Of a DNA stretch of 64,000 nucleotides, positions 36,753 to 46,302 are shown in pieces (position 1 is the first letter of the stretch; every line of letters starts with the position of its first letter). Source of the stretch: a virus (lineage: Duplodnaviria > Heunggongvirae > Uroviricota > Caudoviricetes); IMG/VR virus record IMGVR_UViG_3300028534_000001, positions 4,338-68,337 of that record; one strand, written 5' to 3'. The position numbers were made by a program, and so were the translations under genes. The notes beneath the pieces are model-generated. The model did not search any database. It saw nothing but the letters and a program-made list of their open reading frames with translations, and was not told where the DNA came from.

Positions 36753-37228
36753 ATTACTCCTTTTAAAAAATTTATAATATCTCTAATTTGATAATTTTGA
36801 ATAAATCCATAAGTAGGAATATATTTATGATTTTTATTATCAATTTTAAATTCATAATCATCTATAGTAACAACTTTGTTACCTTCTTTTAATAATTTTT
36901 TAATATCTTCTTCTCTATTACCTTTACTTAATCCTATAATACCATATTTTTCTATTATTCTTGTATTAAGTAAATGTAAAATTAAACATTCATATCTATA
37001 ATTTTCATCAAAACTTCTAGGTTTATAATCATCTATAAATTTTAAAATATTATTTTCTATTTTTAATATATTACTCCAAGATGAAATCATAAATAATTTA
37101 GAATTTGTTTTTTCTATTATATATGATATTCTTTCTAAATTTAATTCAAATTGTTTAAGTTTATGTTCTTTAGGAAATTCATTACAATCTATTAAACAAT
37201 CATCTATATCAAAAACTATTATATTCAT
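36749..37228 (-). CDS. HAD-superfamily protein
   Basis: VFDIDDCL, ISSW, R...I, TIDD. Confidence 0.65.
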   Translation of the reverse strand: MNIIVFDIDDCLIDCNEFPKEHKLKQFELNLERISYIIEKTNSKLFMISSWSNILKIENNILKFIDDYKPRSFDENYRYECLILHLLNTRIIEKYGIIGLSKGNREEDIKKLLKEGNKVVTIDDYEFKIDNKNHKYIPTYGFIQNYQIRDIINFLKGVI

Positions 37229-37431
37229 TTATTTTCCTTAAGATATTTTAAATCTTCTGGTTTTATCCAAATAGTTTTATTATTATATTTTACTTCAATC
37301 ATACCTTTTTCTATTGCCATATATTGAGCTTTATATTTTAAAAGACACATACTAAATAAAAATAAAATTATCATAAAAACAAAAGCTATAAATATTCTAC
37401 CATCTCCACCTATATTATCAAAATAATTCAT
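37225..37431 (-). CDS. small single-TM protein
   Basis: IFIAFVFMIILFLFSMCLL. Confidence 0.55.
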   Translation of the reverse strand: MNYFDNIGGDGRIFIAFVFMIILFLFSMCLLKYKAQYMAIEKGMIEVKYNNKTIWIKPEDLKYLKENK

Positions 37432-37433
37432 AA

Positions 37434-37694
37434 TTACTCCTCTATAAAATCATCAATATTTATATAATTATTTGAATAAATTATTTCATTATTTACTACT
37501 ATAAATTCTGCATTATCTTCATGATATTCTTCTACCCATAAATAATCATTTTCACTTTTTAATTTATTATCAATAAATTCCATATTATCAATATCTTCTT
37601 TATTCATATCAATTACATTTTCAAATGCTTCTTTAATTAGTGGATAATTTAACATTTCTTCTTTATTTTTAAATTCTTTAATAATTGATTTCAT
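37434..37694 (-). CDS. hypothetical acidic early protein
   Basis: 86-aa ORF behind tandem promoters. Confidence 0.6.
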   Translation of the reverse strand: MKSIIKEFKNKEEMLNYPLIKEAFENVIDMNKEDIDNMEFIDNKLKSENDYLWVEEYHEDNAEFIVVNNEIIYSNNYINIDDFIEE

Positions 37695-37720
37695 TTTTAC
37701 TCCTTGATTTTTATATTATA

Positions 37721-37802
37721 ATTATAACATAAAATAAATTAAAAGTCAACTATTTGATGATTTATTTTTTATAATTATATCATAAATTAAATTAAAAGTC
37801 AA
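37721..37802 (-). promoter_or_regulatory. two tandem sigma70-type early promoters
   Basis: TTGACT-N17-TATAAT at 37721-37749 and 37774-37802. Confidence 0.8.
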
Positions 37803-37818
37803 GAAAATTTTTGACTTT

Positions 37819-38271
37819 TTATAAATCAATTTCTATTTCTTCTATATTAGTTAAATCAAATCCTAAATTTTCATCTATATCCCATTTAATAGCATTCTTT
37901 GTCCCCATATCATATCCTAATATAGTTATAACTTTTAAAAATTTATCTTCTGGATTCATTCCATACATAACTTTAAATTTTGATTTTTTAAATGTCATAG
38001 CAATAGTAACTTTATTTTTTATTTTACCTTTTTTCCATTTTTGAAGTAAATAATCAATTCCATCTGAAATTTTTTTCTCAGCAGTTTTCCAATCTAAATT
38101 TGTTCTTTCTTTTACTTTATCTTCAAAATTATGGTCTTTTGTATTATAAAATGAAATTCTCCAAGAATAATCATTTTTACCTACATAACGCATAATAGCT
38201 AATTTTTTTGGATTAGTTTTTTTATCTGCTTTTCTAACTATTTTAATAGCTTCAATTATTTCTTTTAACAT
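37819..38271 (-). CDS. MLKEIIE-leader protein
   Basis: 150-aa ORF; H......KER and KVITIL motifs. Confidence 0.6.
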   Translation of the reverse strand: MLKEIIEAIKIVRKADKKTNPKKLAIMRYVGKNDYSWRISFYNTKDHNFEDKVKERTNLDWKTAEKKISDGIDYLLQKWKKGKIKNKVTIAMTFKKSKFKVMYGMNPEDKFLKVITILGYDMGTKNAIKWDIDENLGFDLTNIEEIEIDL

Positions 38272-38284
38272 AATATAAATCCTT

Positions 38285-39034
38285 TTATATTTTTAAATTA
38301 GTTAATTTTTCATATTCTATAATACCTTTATAAGGTATTTTTAATTTTTTACATTCTTTTTCAATTTCTTCTTCTAATCCATTTATAGTATATACTTCTA
38401 AAATTTTAATATAATCCATCACTACTTCATTATAATCATAAATAATATTTGAATTTAAAAAATCATTCAAATATTTGTATCCACCTTCATCTAAAAAATC
38501 AGTAAGTTTTTCAATGTATAATTTATATATTTCTTTAGTTTTATTGATATTATTTAAAAAATTTTCCATTTCTTGAGAATTAGTTTCACCATTATAACCA
38601 TATTTTTTTAATATTTTTTTAACTATTCCTAATATAAAAAAATTTAATTTTTTACCACTTTCAAAAGTTGATGTAATTAACCACCTTTTACCATTTTTGT
38701 CTACTGCTGTCCATAAATCAGATTTTCCTTCAATAACAGCATTACCTTCTAATAATATTAAAATTGAATTAGAACTTTGTTTTAAAATAGGTAAATCAAC
38801 TATATCTCTACCACCTTTTGTAAAACAACTTATTTGATTAGGTTTATTTTCTAATTTTTTTAATTCTTTTAACCATTTTAAATCTGAAATATGATAAGCT
38901 TTTTTATTTCCTTGATAATATCCTAATTCTTCCATCATATTATCATCTAATGGTATATTACCATATGCTATAAGTTTTTCTATTGAAGATGTATTCATAG
39001 CTAATTTTAATTTTTCTAAAATATCTTTTAACAA
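38285..39034 (-). CDS. MLKDILE-leader protein, paralog of 29476-30261
   Basis: Shared motifs YHI, ISCFT, LEG, DLW...D.NG.RWL, YNE. Confidence 0.65.
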   Translation of the reverse strand: MLKDILEKLKLAMNTSSIEKLIAYGNIPLDDNMMEELGYYQGNKKAYHISDLKWLKELKKLENKPNQISCFTKGGRDIVDLPILKQSSNSILILLEGNAVIEGKSDLWTAVDKNGKRWLITSTFESGKKLNFFILGIVKKILKKYGYNGETNSQEMENFLNNINKTKEIYKLYIEKLTDFLDEGGYKYLNDFLNSNIIYDYNEVVMDYIKILEVYTINGLEEEIEKECKKLKIPYKGIIEYEKLTNLKI

Positions 39035-39045
39035 AATTTATCCTT

Positions 39046-39198
39046 TTAATTTAAAATCATTATAATTAAAATAAAAATCCATATTATTGAACCTATAATA
39101 AAATGAAAAATTTCTATTTCATCACCTTGAGTAATAGAAAACATAAATATTAAACCTAATATAAAATAAAAAATTAAACAAAATATTATAAAATTCAT
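39046..39198 (-). CDS. small two-TM membrane protein (50 aa, not in ORF track)
   Basis: MNFIIFCLIFYFILGLIFMFSITQGDEIEIFHFIIGSIIWIFILIIMILN; ATGA overlap with upstream gene. Confidence 0.5.
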   Translation of the reverse strand: MNFIIFCLIFYFILGLIFMFSITQGDEIEIFHFIIGSIIWIFILIIMILN

Positions 39199-39386
39199 TT
39201 TATTCCATCATTAGTTTTAATCATTCCTATAGAAGAATATACTCTTTTTAGAGGTTCTCCACAAATAGGACAAAAAGGTTTTGCTTTATCTATTTCACTC
39301 ATTTTATATTCTAATTCAAAAAGTTTTTTAGACTTTTCATTAAACATTTCACAATTAGGATTTTTGCAAGCAAATGTATATATCAT
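39195..39386 (-). CDS. FmdB-like zinc-ribbon protein
   Basis: Y.F.C....C...FE...CPICG..L.RVYS. Confidence 0.7.
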   Translation of the reverse strand: MIYTFACKNPNCEMFNEKSKKLFELEYKMSEIDKAKPFCPICGEPLKRVYSSIGMIKTNDGIK

Positions 39387-39578
39387 TTATTTTTCCTTTT
39401 CATCAAAATTTTGGTTTTTAGTTTTATTAAGAAATTCAGCTAAATGTTTTGAACTTATTTTATAATTTCTTCTAGATATTTTATAACAATCTAATTTTCC
39501 TTCTTTTATATAATTCCTAACTGTCCAAATAGTGACACCTAAAATATTTGCTACTTCTTTTATAGATAATAATTCCAT
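39387..39578 (-). CDS. excisionase/MerR-type HTH DNA-binding protein
   Basis: LLSIKEVANILGVTIWTVRNYIKEGKL. Confidence 0.8.
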   Translation of the reverse strand: MELLSIKEVANILGVTIWTVRNYIKEGKLDCYKISRRNYKISSKHLAEFLNKTKNQNFDEKEK

Positions 39579-39587
39579 TTTTTATCC

Positions 39588-40457
39588 TTAAAATAAATTT
39601 TCATCTATATAAGACAAATTATCTAAAATATTATTATTGACTTTTTCTAAATGTTCTTGAATTTTTTTATTTTTATTTTTACTAGCTGTAATTTCATTTC
39701 TAGCTGCTGTAAAAGCAAACATACTTAAAAGAGTAAAACCTCCTCTTATATCACCTTCAAAAATTTCTTTACCATTTTCTTCTATTACTTTAAATTTTGG
39801 TTTATAATAAAAACCTTCTGTATTTTCAGGTATATCACATTTTAATTTATTAAATAAAAAAACTTTATAACTATTTTTATATCTTTTTACTTTTTCGACA
39901 GTATAAGTTCTATTCATAATTTCTATCATATCATATTTTTTAAGATTAACATCTACATAAATGATTTTTGATTTATGAATACTATCTTTAGTAACTTTTA
40001 TTTTACCTTTTTTAGTATAATTATTTTTTATTCTATAAGGTTTAAATTTATTCCAATTATTTAAAAATAAAAAAGTTCCATTTGATATCATATTTTCTCT
40101 TATTCCACCATAATAACCACTAAAATTAGGTTTTTTAAGAATATGTTCTTGAATAATCATAAATATTTCACCTAATTCATTAGAAACTTTACCATTTTTA
40201 ATATCTCTTAATAAAACATTAGTAACATATTTATCATCTAAATAATGATTTTCTTTTTCAATTTCTTCTTTAGTTCTTCTTTTTCTTTTCTTTTTAGATT
40301 CAAGTTCATCATTTTCAATATCTTCTAAATCTTCTTCACTTTCTTCTTTTATAAATTTATTTTTATTTTGTTTTATAAAATCACTTTCATCATTATCATA
40401 ATAATCTTCTGGATTATATAAATCACCTAAAAATAAATTTTCAATAATATCTTCCAT
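39588..40457 (-). CDS. gp55: late sigma factor gp55-like, with an internal insertion
   Basis: HYLD, ELGEIFM.I, PNFSGY, ENMISNG, NKF.P, F......F.A..N.I; C-terminal ENLF. Confidence 0.75.
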   Translation of the reverse strand: MEDIIENLFLGDLYNPEDYYDNDESDFIKQNKNKFIKEESEEDLEDIENDELESKKKRKRRTKEEIEKENHYLDDKYVTNVLLRDIKNGKVSNELGEIFMIIQEHILKKPNFSGYYGGIRENMISNGTFLFLNNWNKFKPYRIKNNYTKKGKIKVTKDSIHKSKIIYVDVNLKKYDMIEIMNRTYTVEKVKRYKNSYKVFLFNKLKCDIPENTEGFYYKPKFKVIEENGKEIFEGDIRGGFTLLSMFAFTAARNEITASKNKNKKIQEHLEKVNNNILDNLSYIDENLF

Positions 40458-40517
40458 AAGTCTCCTTCAAAAAACTTTTATTTTTATTATATCTAATTTT
40501 TATAAAAAAGAAAACTT

Positions 40518-41018
40518 TTAATCTTTATATAAATTAAAATTAAATTGTTTAGAAATTTCTTCTAAAGCTTTTGTTAATTTTCCTGATTTAGGAAATTCAG
40601 GGAATTTTTTATTTGAAACTTTTTCATACATTTTTTTAAGTTTATTATATTTACTTTTCATTATTTTAGGTTCTTTATATTCTCTTGGATGTATTATGTT
40701 AGTAGGATTTTCTTCGAAATAATCTATATAATCAGCTATATTTCTTAAAATATCTGAAAGTTTGTATTTCTCTTTTAAATCTTTAGAACTTCTATTCCAT
40801 TGATTTTCAATTTTTCCTAAAAGAACGTTTACATCAGAGTGTATAACACCTCTTATAAATCCTACATTTTCATAAAAAGATTTATGTTCTTTATGAACAT
40901 GATCTAATACAGCTTTATTTTCATCTAAATTATCTTTTAATATAAGACATTTATTATTTTGATTTTTGAGAAGAGATAATCTCTTCTCTTTTAATTTTGA
41001 TTGTTTTAATATTTCCAT
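40518..41018 (-). CDS. gp49: recombination endonuclease VII (gp49-like)
   Basis: LDH.H, IRGVI....N..LGKIEN, IHP. Confidence 0.82.
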   Translation of the reverse strand: MEILKQSKLKEKRLSLLKNQNNKCLILKDNLDENKAVLDHVHKEHKSFYENVGFIRGVIHSDVNVLLGKIENQWNRSSKDLKEKYKLSDILRNIADYIDYFEENPTNIIHPREYKEPKIMKSKYNKLKKMYEKVSNKKFPEFPKSGKLTKALEEISKQFNFNLYKD

Positions 41019-41053
41019 TTTAAGACTCTTTTTTAAAAATATTTAATATTTAA

Positions 41054-43366
41054 TCAATATCTTTTTACTAATAATATTTTTGTAGGTCTAGCATAATCAT
41101 CAAGATTATCATTATAATGTGATACTAATTTAGAATTTTTATCAATCTCCCATCTTTGAAGAAAATCATAAGCTCTATAATCCCCATTAGGTTCAGTAAT
41201 ATCTCCAGTATTTGGTATTTCCCATTTATTATATCCATCTGAAGATTTCCATCCTTTAGTATATAATTCATTTATGTTATAATCTTTGAATTCCCAATCA
41301 CAACAACCTGGACCATCTTTTTCATAATATATAGCTGGCATAAATGGATAATAATTTTCATAACCATTATTTTCCATCCATTCTAAAGCTTTATAATATT
41401 CATCTGAAGTTCTTGGTGTAAAAATATTATAACCTTGATTTATATAATCTTTAATTAAAGATAAATCATTCATATTTTTTATAGTTTTACCATTTAAATC
41501 AACTACTAAAAATTTTAATATATTTTCAATTTTATAATAATCATATAATTGTTTTATTTCATTTTCAGATAATTCTTTATTATAAATTTTAATATCATCT
41601 ATAAATCCATTAAAATAACTACTATAATTTCCATTATAATGTTCTGCACCTATTGTTAAATTATCATAATTATAATTATAAGACGGGTCATATTTAGAAT
41701 CTGGAGTTGTATTTTTATCTGCTAATAATTTACCATCAAGATAAATTTTAAAATCACTTCCATCATTTATATTTTTTATAACTACTATATTATGCCAATC
41801 AGTATCTTTTATAGTTTTATAAATATAATAACTTCCACTTGTTTGACCTTTATTATCTGTATAAATATATACTTGTTTATTCCATATTGAAAAATATTTA
41901 TTATCAAAAGCACAATCACTTCTATCAGTAGGGTCATTATCTTTTAATAACATAGATACTGAAAAATATTCATTGTTAAAATTTTTAATTATATCAGAAT
42001 TTATAGTAATATAATTTTTATTATTAAATTTAGCACATTTTCCATTTATTCCATCACCATAATCTTCACCATTTATCCAAGTTCCATTATAATTTCCACA
42101 ATTATCATTAGCATTATTTTCAAAATTATAACAAGCTATTAAATGATCAGTAGGATATAAACTATTTTGTCCATTTAAATATAATTCTTCTATTTTTTTA
42201 GAAGTTAAAACTTTATCAAAAATAGCTAAATCAGATAAACATCCTTTAAATTTATCATTATATCCTGACCATCCTATCATTATATCACCATTGTCTCCTG
42301 TACTATTAGGTAAAGTTTTTTGGTTTATATATTTTCCATTTATATATAATTTCATAACATTATTATCAAAAGTACCTGCAATGTGAGTCCATTGATTTAT
42401 AATATCATTTATACCTTCATATTCAGCAGCAACACCTTCATCTCCTGAAGAATTCATTAACCAAAATTTATTTAGTTTATTTACCCAATAAAATGAAAAT
42501 AAATATTTACTACTTGATGGTTTTCTATATCCTAAAATTTCAACATATTCTTTATTATTTTTTGGGTCAGCTTTTACCCATAATGATATAGTTCCATTTT
42601 GAACAATATTTTTACTATTATAATTAGTTTGTATAATAGTATTTCCGTCAAAATTAAAAGCTTTTGGGGGTAAATTATGCTCACCATTTGTATCACAATA
42701 ATTTTCATTACCTTCTAATTTTGTTGTTATTTTATTTTCAATATCTTTATAATTATTATTAAAATCAATATATGCAATAGGGTTAAGTTGTTCTATTGTA
42801 TTATTTGAATTTTTATTTAATATATAATCATATAATTGTTTTACTTCATCATCTGATAAATTTTTATCAAACAAGCATATTTCATCGAAACAATCATATG
42901 AAAAATCATTTATTAAATTACCACTATCTCTATCTGCTCCTATAATAATATTACTAGTAATATCTTTAGGATTTAAATTATATAAATTTTCATAAATTTT
43001 ATTAGAATCAACATATATATTACCATTGAATGTAAAAGTAATCATATGCCATTTTCCATCTTTTAAAAATGATAATTTATCTAAATGCATATTATTATTT
43101 TCATTATAAACAAGAGTACAATAATCTTTATCATCATTTATCCATACAAGTAAATAATTATCCACATCATCAGATTTTTTTATATTAAAAAAAGTTTTAT
43201 CACCTTTTATATTAGTTGGATTATATTTATACATAAAACTTAAAGTTAAACCATCACTATTAACTTTATTTATTCCTGTATCAATATATGCTTTCCCTTG
43301 TAAATCTACAGCATTCCCTAAAAATCCAGGGATTACTTTATAATCCCCTATTATTTTATAACCCAT
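41054..43366 (-). CDS. LamG/ConA-like multi-domain virion protein with C-terminal lectin-like domain
   Basis: Three LamG repeats (WH..., YING, IG, F.G.IDD..IY.K.L...EI..LY); C-terminal EPNGD...YNDN. Confidence 0.8.
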   Translation of the reverse strand: MGYKIIGDYKVIPGFLGNAVDLQGKAYIDTGINKVNSDGLTLSFMYKYNPTNIKGDKTFFNIKKSDDVDNYLLVWINDDKDYCTLVYNENNNMHLDKLSFLKDGKWHMITFTFNGNIYVDSNKIYENLYNLNPKDITSNIIIGADRDSGNLINDFSYDCFDEICLFDKNLSDDEVKQLYDYILNKNSNNTIEQLNPIAYIDFNNNYKDIENKITTKLEGNENYCDTNGEHNLPPKAFNFDGNTIIQTNYNSKNIVQNGTISLWVKADPKNNKEYVEILGYRKPSSSKYLFSFYWVNKLNKFWLMNSSGDEGVAAEYEGINDIINQWTHIAGTFDNNVMKLYINGKYINQKTLPNSTGDNGDIMIGWSGYNDKFKGCLSDLAIFDKVLTSKKIEELYLNGQNSLYPTDHLIACYNFENNANDNCGNYNGTWINGEDYGDGINGKCAKFNNKNYITINSDIIKNFNNEYFSVSMLLKDNDPTDRSDCAFDNKYFSIWNKQVYIYTDNKGQTSGSYYIYKTIKDTDWHNIVVIKNINDGSDFKIYLDGKLLADKNTTPDSKYDPSYNYNYDNLTIGAEHYNGNYSSYFNGFIDDIKIYNKELSENEIKQLYDYYKIENILKFLVVDLNGKTIKNMNDLSLIKDYINQGYNIFTPRTSDEYYKALEWMENNGYENYYPFMPAIYYEKDGPGCCDWEFKDYNINELYTKGWKSSDGYNKWEIPNTGDITEPNGDYRAYDFLQRWEIDKNSKLVSHYNDNLDDYARPTKILLVKRY

Positions 43367-43380
43367 ATTTAAAATCCTTT

Positions 43381-45777
43381 TTAAAATTTATAAATTTTGA
43401 AATTTTCTATAAAAACATCAGGTGTTATTGTATTACTATCAGAACAATTATCTATCCATCCAAATATTAGTGGATTAGGATATAATTTTACTTGTGAAAT
43501 AATATCATTTGTTTCATATTTATATTTTATATTATATAACTGAACATCTTCTGATGAATGATATTCTCCAATTAGTAAATAAGCTTTATTATTATTTCTA
43601 TCAATTTTATATATAACTTTATACCAAATATTTTCTTCTAAATTTTCTATTTTTAATTCAGAATATTTTCGTAAACTACTACTTCTTATTCCTATTTGAG
43701 AATATAAAGTATATTTTCCATCAGATTGGAGATCTAATTCCATTATTAAAGAATTTTGGTATGTACAATTATAATTACTAAATACACTTCCTAAAATTTC
43801 TTTAGGTTTAAGACCTTTATTTGAATTTATATATAATAAAAATTCTACTTTAAAATTTCCTGATAAATAATCCTTAGGAATTTCAATATAATCTTTTGAA
43901 TGAGAATCTTTAACATAATTAGTATTTAAATTAGGAGAAAATTTGTATTCTGAATTTATTATAATACCTGAATTATTAAATTCTTTATTATCAATTTCAT
44001 TTATTATTTTATCTGAGTTTCCTTTAACTTTAACTATTAAAGTTTCATTTTCATTTTCAATATCTTTATAATTTAAATCTGTTATCCATTCATCAAAATC
44101 TATTATTATATTTTCATTATCATATACTGTTGTATTACTACAACAATAACAATTAGCATAATTTCCACTCATAGCAACATAAGAACCTTTTCTTTTATTA
44201 CCTGTACAATTTCCTCCTTGGTCCCAAACATCTGGAGACATAAAATATATAATATGATTATTAACACCTTTTTTGACATAATTTGAAAATTTATTTAAAC
44301 AAATTCTTATTCTACCATCATAAGGAACTTTACCTGCATCTAAATCTTTTTGTCTAGTAAGTTTATATTTAGATACATCTATAATTACTCTATATTTTCT
44401 GCCATTTTGACCTTTAGTTAAAGTAGATTTTATATCTTCAGGTAAATTTTTTATATCATCACATTTAGAAATATCTTCAGGATTTATTGTATTTTCAGTT
44501 TTTCCAATTTCTTCTATTTTCCACCCATTATCTAATAATGCCCAAGCTTCGTCATAATATTCTTGATTTGCAATAAGTTTAATAAATCCATTTTCTATAG
44601 TATCTGTTGCAGTAAAATCAATAAATAAATGATTTATATAACCACATTTAGCCCATTCTTCATTTTGATCTGGTAAAGTTTTACCTATATAAGTAGAATT
44701 ATATTTATTATTTTTAGAATCATAAATATATCTTTTATCACAATTATAAGCATTAGATTTAAATGAATATTTTTCAATACTATTATTTATTGATATTTGG
44801 ACATAATCATTTTGGTGTTCATAATCTGAAATATAATCTATACTTGCAAAACTTCCAATATCAAAATATAATCTATAAGATTTTCCAGGAGTTAAATTAT
44901 ATACTTTATAATTTATAGTACAATTTTGACTATCAAAATTATCACTACATAATAAGAAATTCATATTATTAACATTTTTTGAAATAGAAGGTTTTTCAAC
45001 TTTTATTATAGGACCTTTAATAGTTATAAGATCTTTACTATTTTTATAATTATTTTTAAATAAATCATTTATAATTTTAAAAGCATCTTCTTTATTTATT
45101 TTTAAAAAATTATATATATACCCATCTGTATAATAATCTAAAAATATATCTTCAAATATAAATCCAGATGTAATTTTAGATTGATTAGTTAATTTACTAT
45201 TTAAATCATATACTAATACATTTGTTTCATAAGTTTTAAAAATTGTATTTTCAAAATTACCTTCTTTTTTTCTTAAAAAATTAAAAAAATAAAAACATAT
45301 TTTATTATTTTTTACAAATAAAGCTATTGTCCCTTCATCTTCTTTAAATTCTGAAGGATTTTCCCATTTTATTAAAAAATCATAATTTTTAATATCATTA
45401 GTTTTATAATTTATAACATATATAAAACCTTGACTTTTATATACACTAAAAAATAAAATATTATTACCATTTAAAAAATCTTTTAAAATATTATCAGGTA
45501 AAACATTTATATAAGGTATTTGATTATAATTTTTAATATCTAAACATATATCATAACATTCTTGAGAATTATTAGAAGAAAATTCATTTGAAATTAAATC
45601 TATTAAAGTCATTTCTTTAGGTTCATATTCAGGAAATTTTTTACATACTTGTTCAAATAATGTCATTTCATTTGATGGAATTTCTATATTAGGAATTTTA
45701 ATTGTTGTTTTTATAATAGCAGGTTTTTCTTCATAAGGAACTTCTGTAAATTTACTATAATCTATAATTTTAGCCAT
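43381..45777 (-). CDS. large Cys-containing beta-rich virion/adhesin-like protein
   Basis: 798-aa ORF; C-terminal LamG-like strands; context. Confidence 0.55.
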   Translation of the reverse strand: MAKIIDYSKFTEVPYEEKPAIIKTTIKIPNIEIPSNEMTLFEQVCKKFPEYEPKEMTLIDLISNEFSSNNSQECYDICLDIKNYNQIPYINVLPDNILKDFLNGNNILFFSVYKSQGFIYVINYKTNDIKNYDFLIKWENPSEFKEDEGTIALFVKNNKICFYFFNFLRKKEGNFENTIFKTYETNVLVYDLNSKLTNQSKITSGFIFEDIFLDYYTDGYIYNFLKINKEDAFKIINDLFKNNYKNSKDLITIKGPIIKVEKPSISKNVNNMNFLLCSDNFDSQNCTINYKVYNLTPGKSYRLYFDIGSFASIDYISDYEHQNDYVQISINNSIEKYSFKSNAYNCDKRYIYDSKNNKYNSTYIGKTLPDQNEEWAKCGYINHLFIDFTATDTIENGFIKLIANQEYYDEAWALLDNGWKIEEIGKTENTINPEDISKCDDIKNLPEDIKSTLTKGQNGRKYRVIIDVSKYKLTRQKDLDAGKVPYDGRIRICLNKFSNYVKKGVNNHIIYFMSPDVWDQGGNCTGNKRKGSYVAMSGNYANCYCCSNTTVYDNENIIIDFDEWITDLNYKDIENENETLIVKVKGNSDKIINEIDNKEFNNSGIIINSEYKFSPNLNTNYVKDSHSKDYIEIPKDYLSGNFKVEFLLYINSNKGLKPKEILGSVFSNYNCTYQNSLIMELDLQSDGKYTLYSQIGIRSSSLRKYSELKIENLEENIWYKVIYKIDRNNNKAYLLIGEYHSSEDVQLYNIKYKYETNDIISQVKLYPNPLIFGWIDNCSDSNTITPDVFIENFKIYKF

Positions 45778-45988
45778 TATTTGTTCCTATATATGTTGTC
45801 CCATTAGTAACAACATTATCTGTCCCTACTAATTTTTGTAAAATATCACAATAATCTAATATAGCATCTCCTGAAGCATCTAATTGTCTTAAAGGATTTG
45901 GGTAATAAGTAATTTTAAGACAATTATTATCAAATGTCTTTTCTTTTATTTCTTTATCATAAAGAAGGAGTCTTCCAAAGATAGTCAT
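45770..45988 (-). CDS. hypothetical protein
   Basis: 72-aa ORF. Confidence 0.5.
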   Translation of the reverse strand: MTIFGRLLLYDKEIKEKTFDNNCLKITYYPNPLRQLDASGDAILDYCDILQKLVGTDNVVTNGTTYIGTNNG

Positions 45989-45989
45989 T

Positions 45990-46271
45990 TTAAACTCCTT
46001 CTACAAAACTTTTTTCAAATGAATTTATAGTTTGTGTAGTAGCATCATATACAGCTTGAATATCATTTTCATTTTTAAAAACGAAAAGACCACTTCTAGC
46101 TAAGGTATTATCTAATTGAAGTCCTTTTTTAGAAGCATATTCTTCTAAATTTAATTCAGGTATAATTTTTTGAAAAGGCATTTTTTCTTTAAGAGTAAAA
46201 ATTTGTGTATTTATACTTCTATTATCAAATAATCTTTTATTTCTGTATAACATTTGTTGAATAGTTGCCAT
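45990..46271 (-). CDS. hypothetical late protein
   Basis: 93-aa ORF; TAAATA at 46291-46296. Confidence 0.55.
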   Translation of the reverse strand: MATIQQMLYRNKRLFDNRSINTQIFTLKEKMPFQKIIPELNLEEYASKKGLQLDNTLARSGLFVFKNENDIQAVYDATTQTINSFEKSFVEGV

Positions 46272-46302
46272 TATGAGTCCTTTTTATTTTTATTTAATAA
46301 TT

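Noticed and set aside
39387-39578. Excisionase as evidence of a temperate lifestyle
   Set aside because: No integrase or repressor in the window; such HTH proteins also occur in lytic phages.
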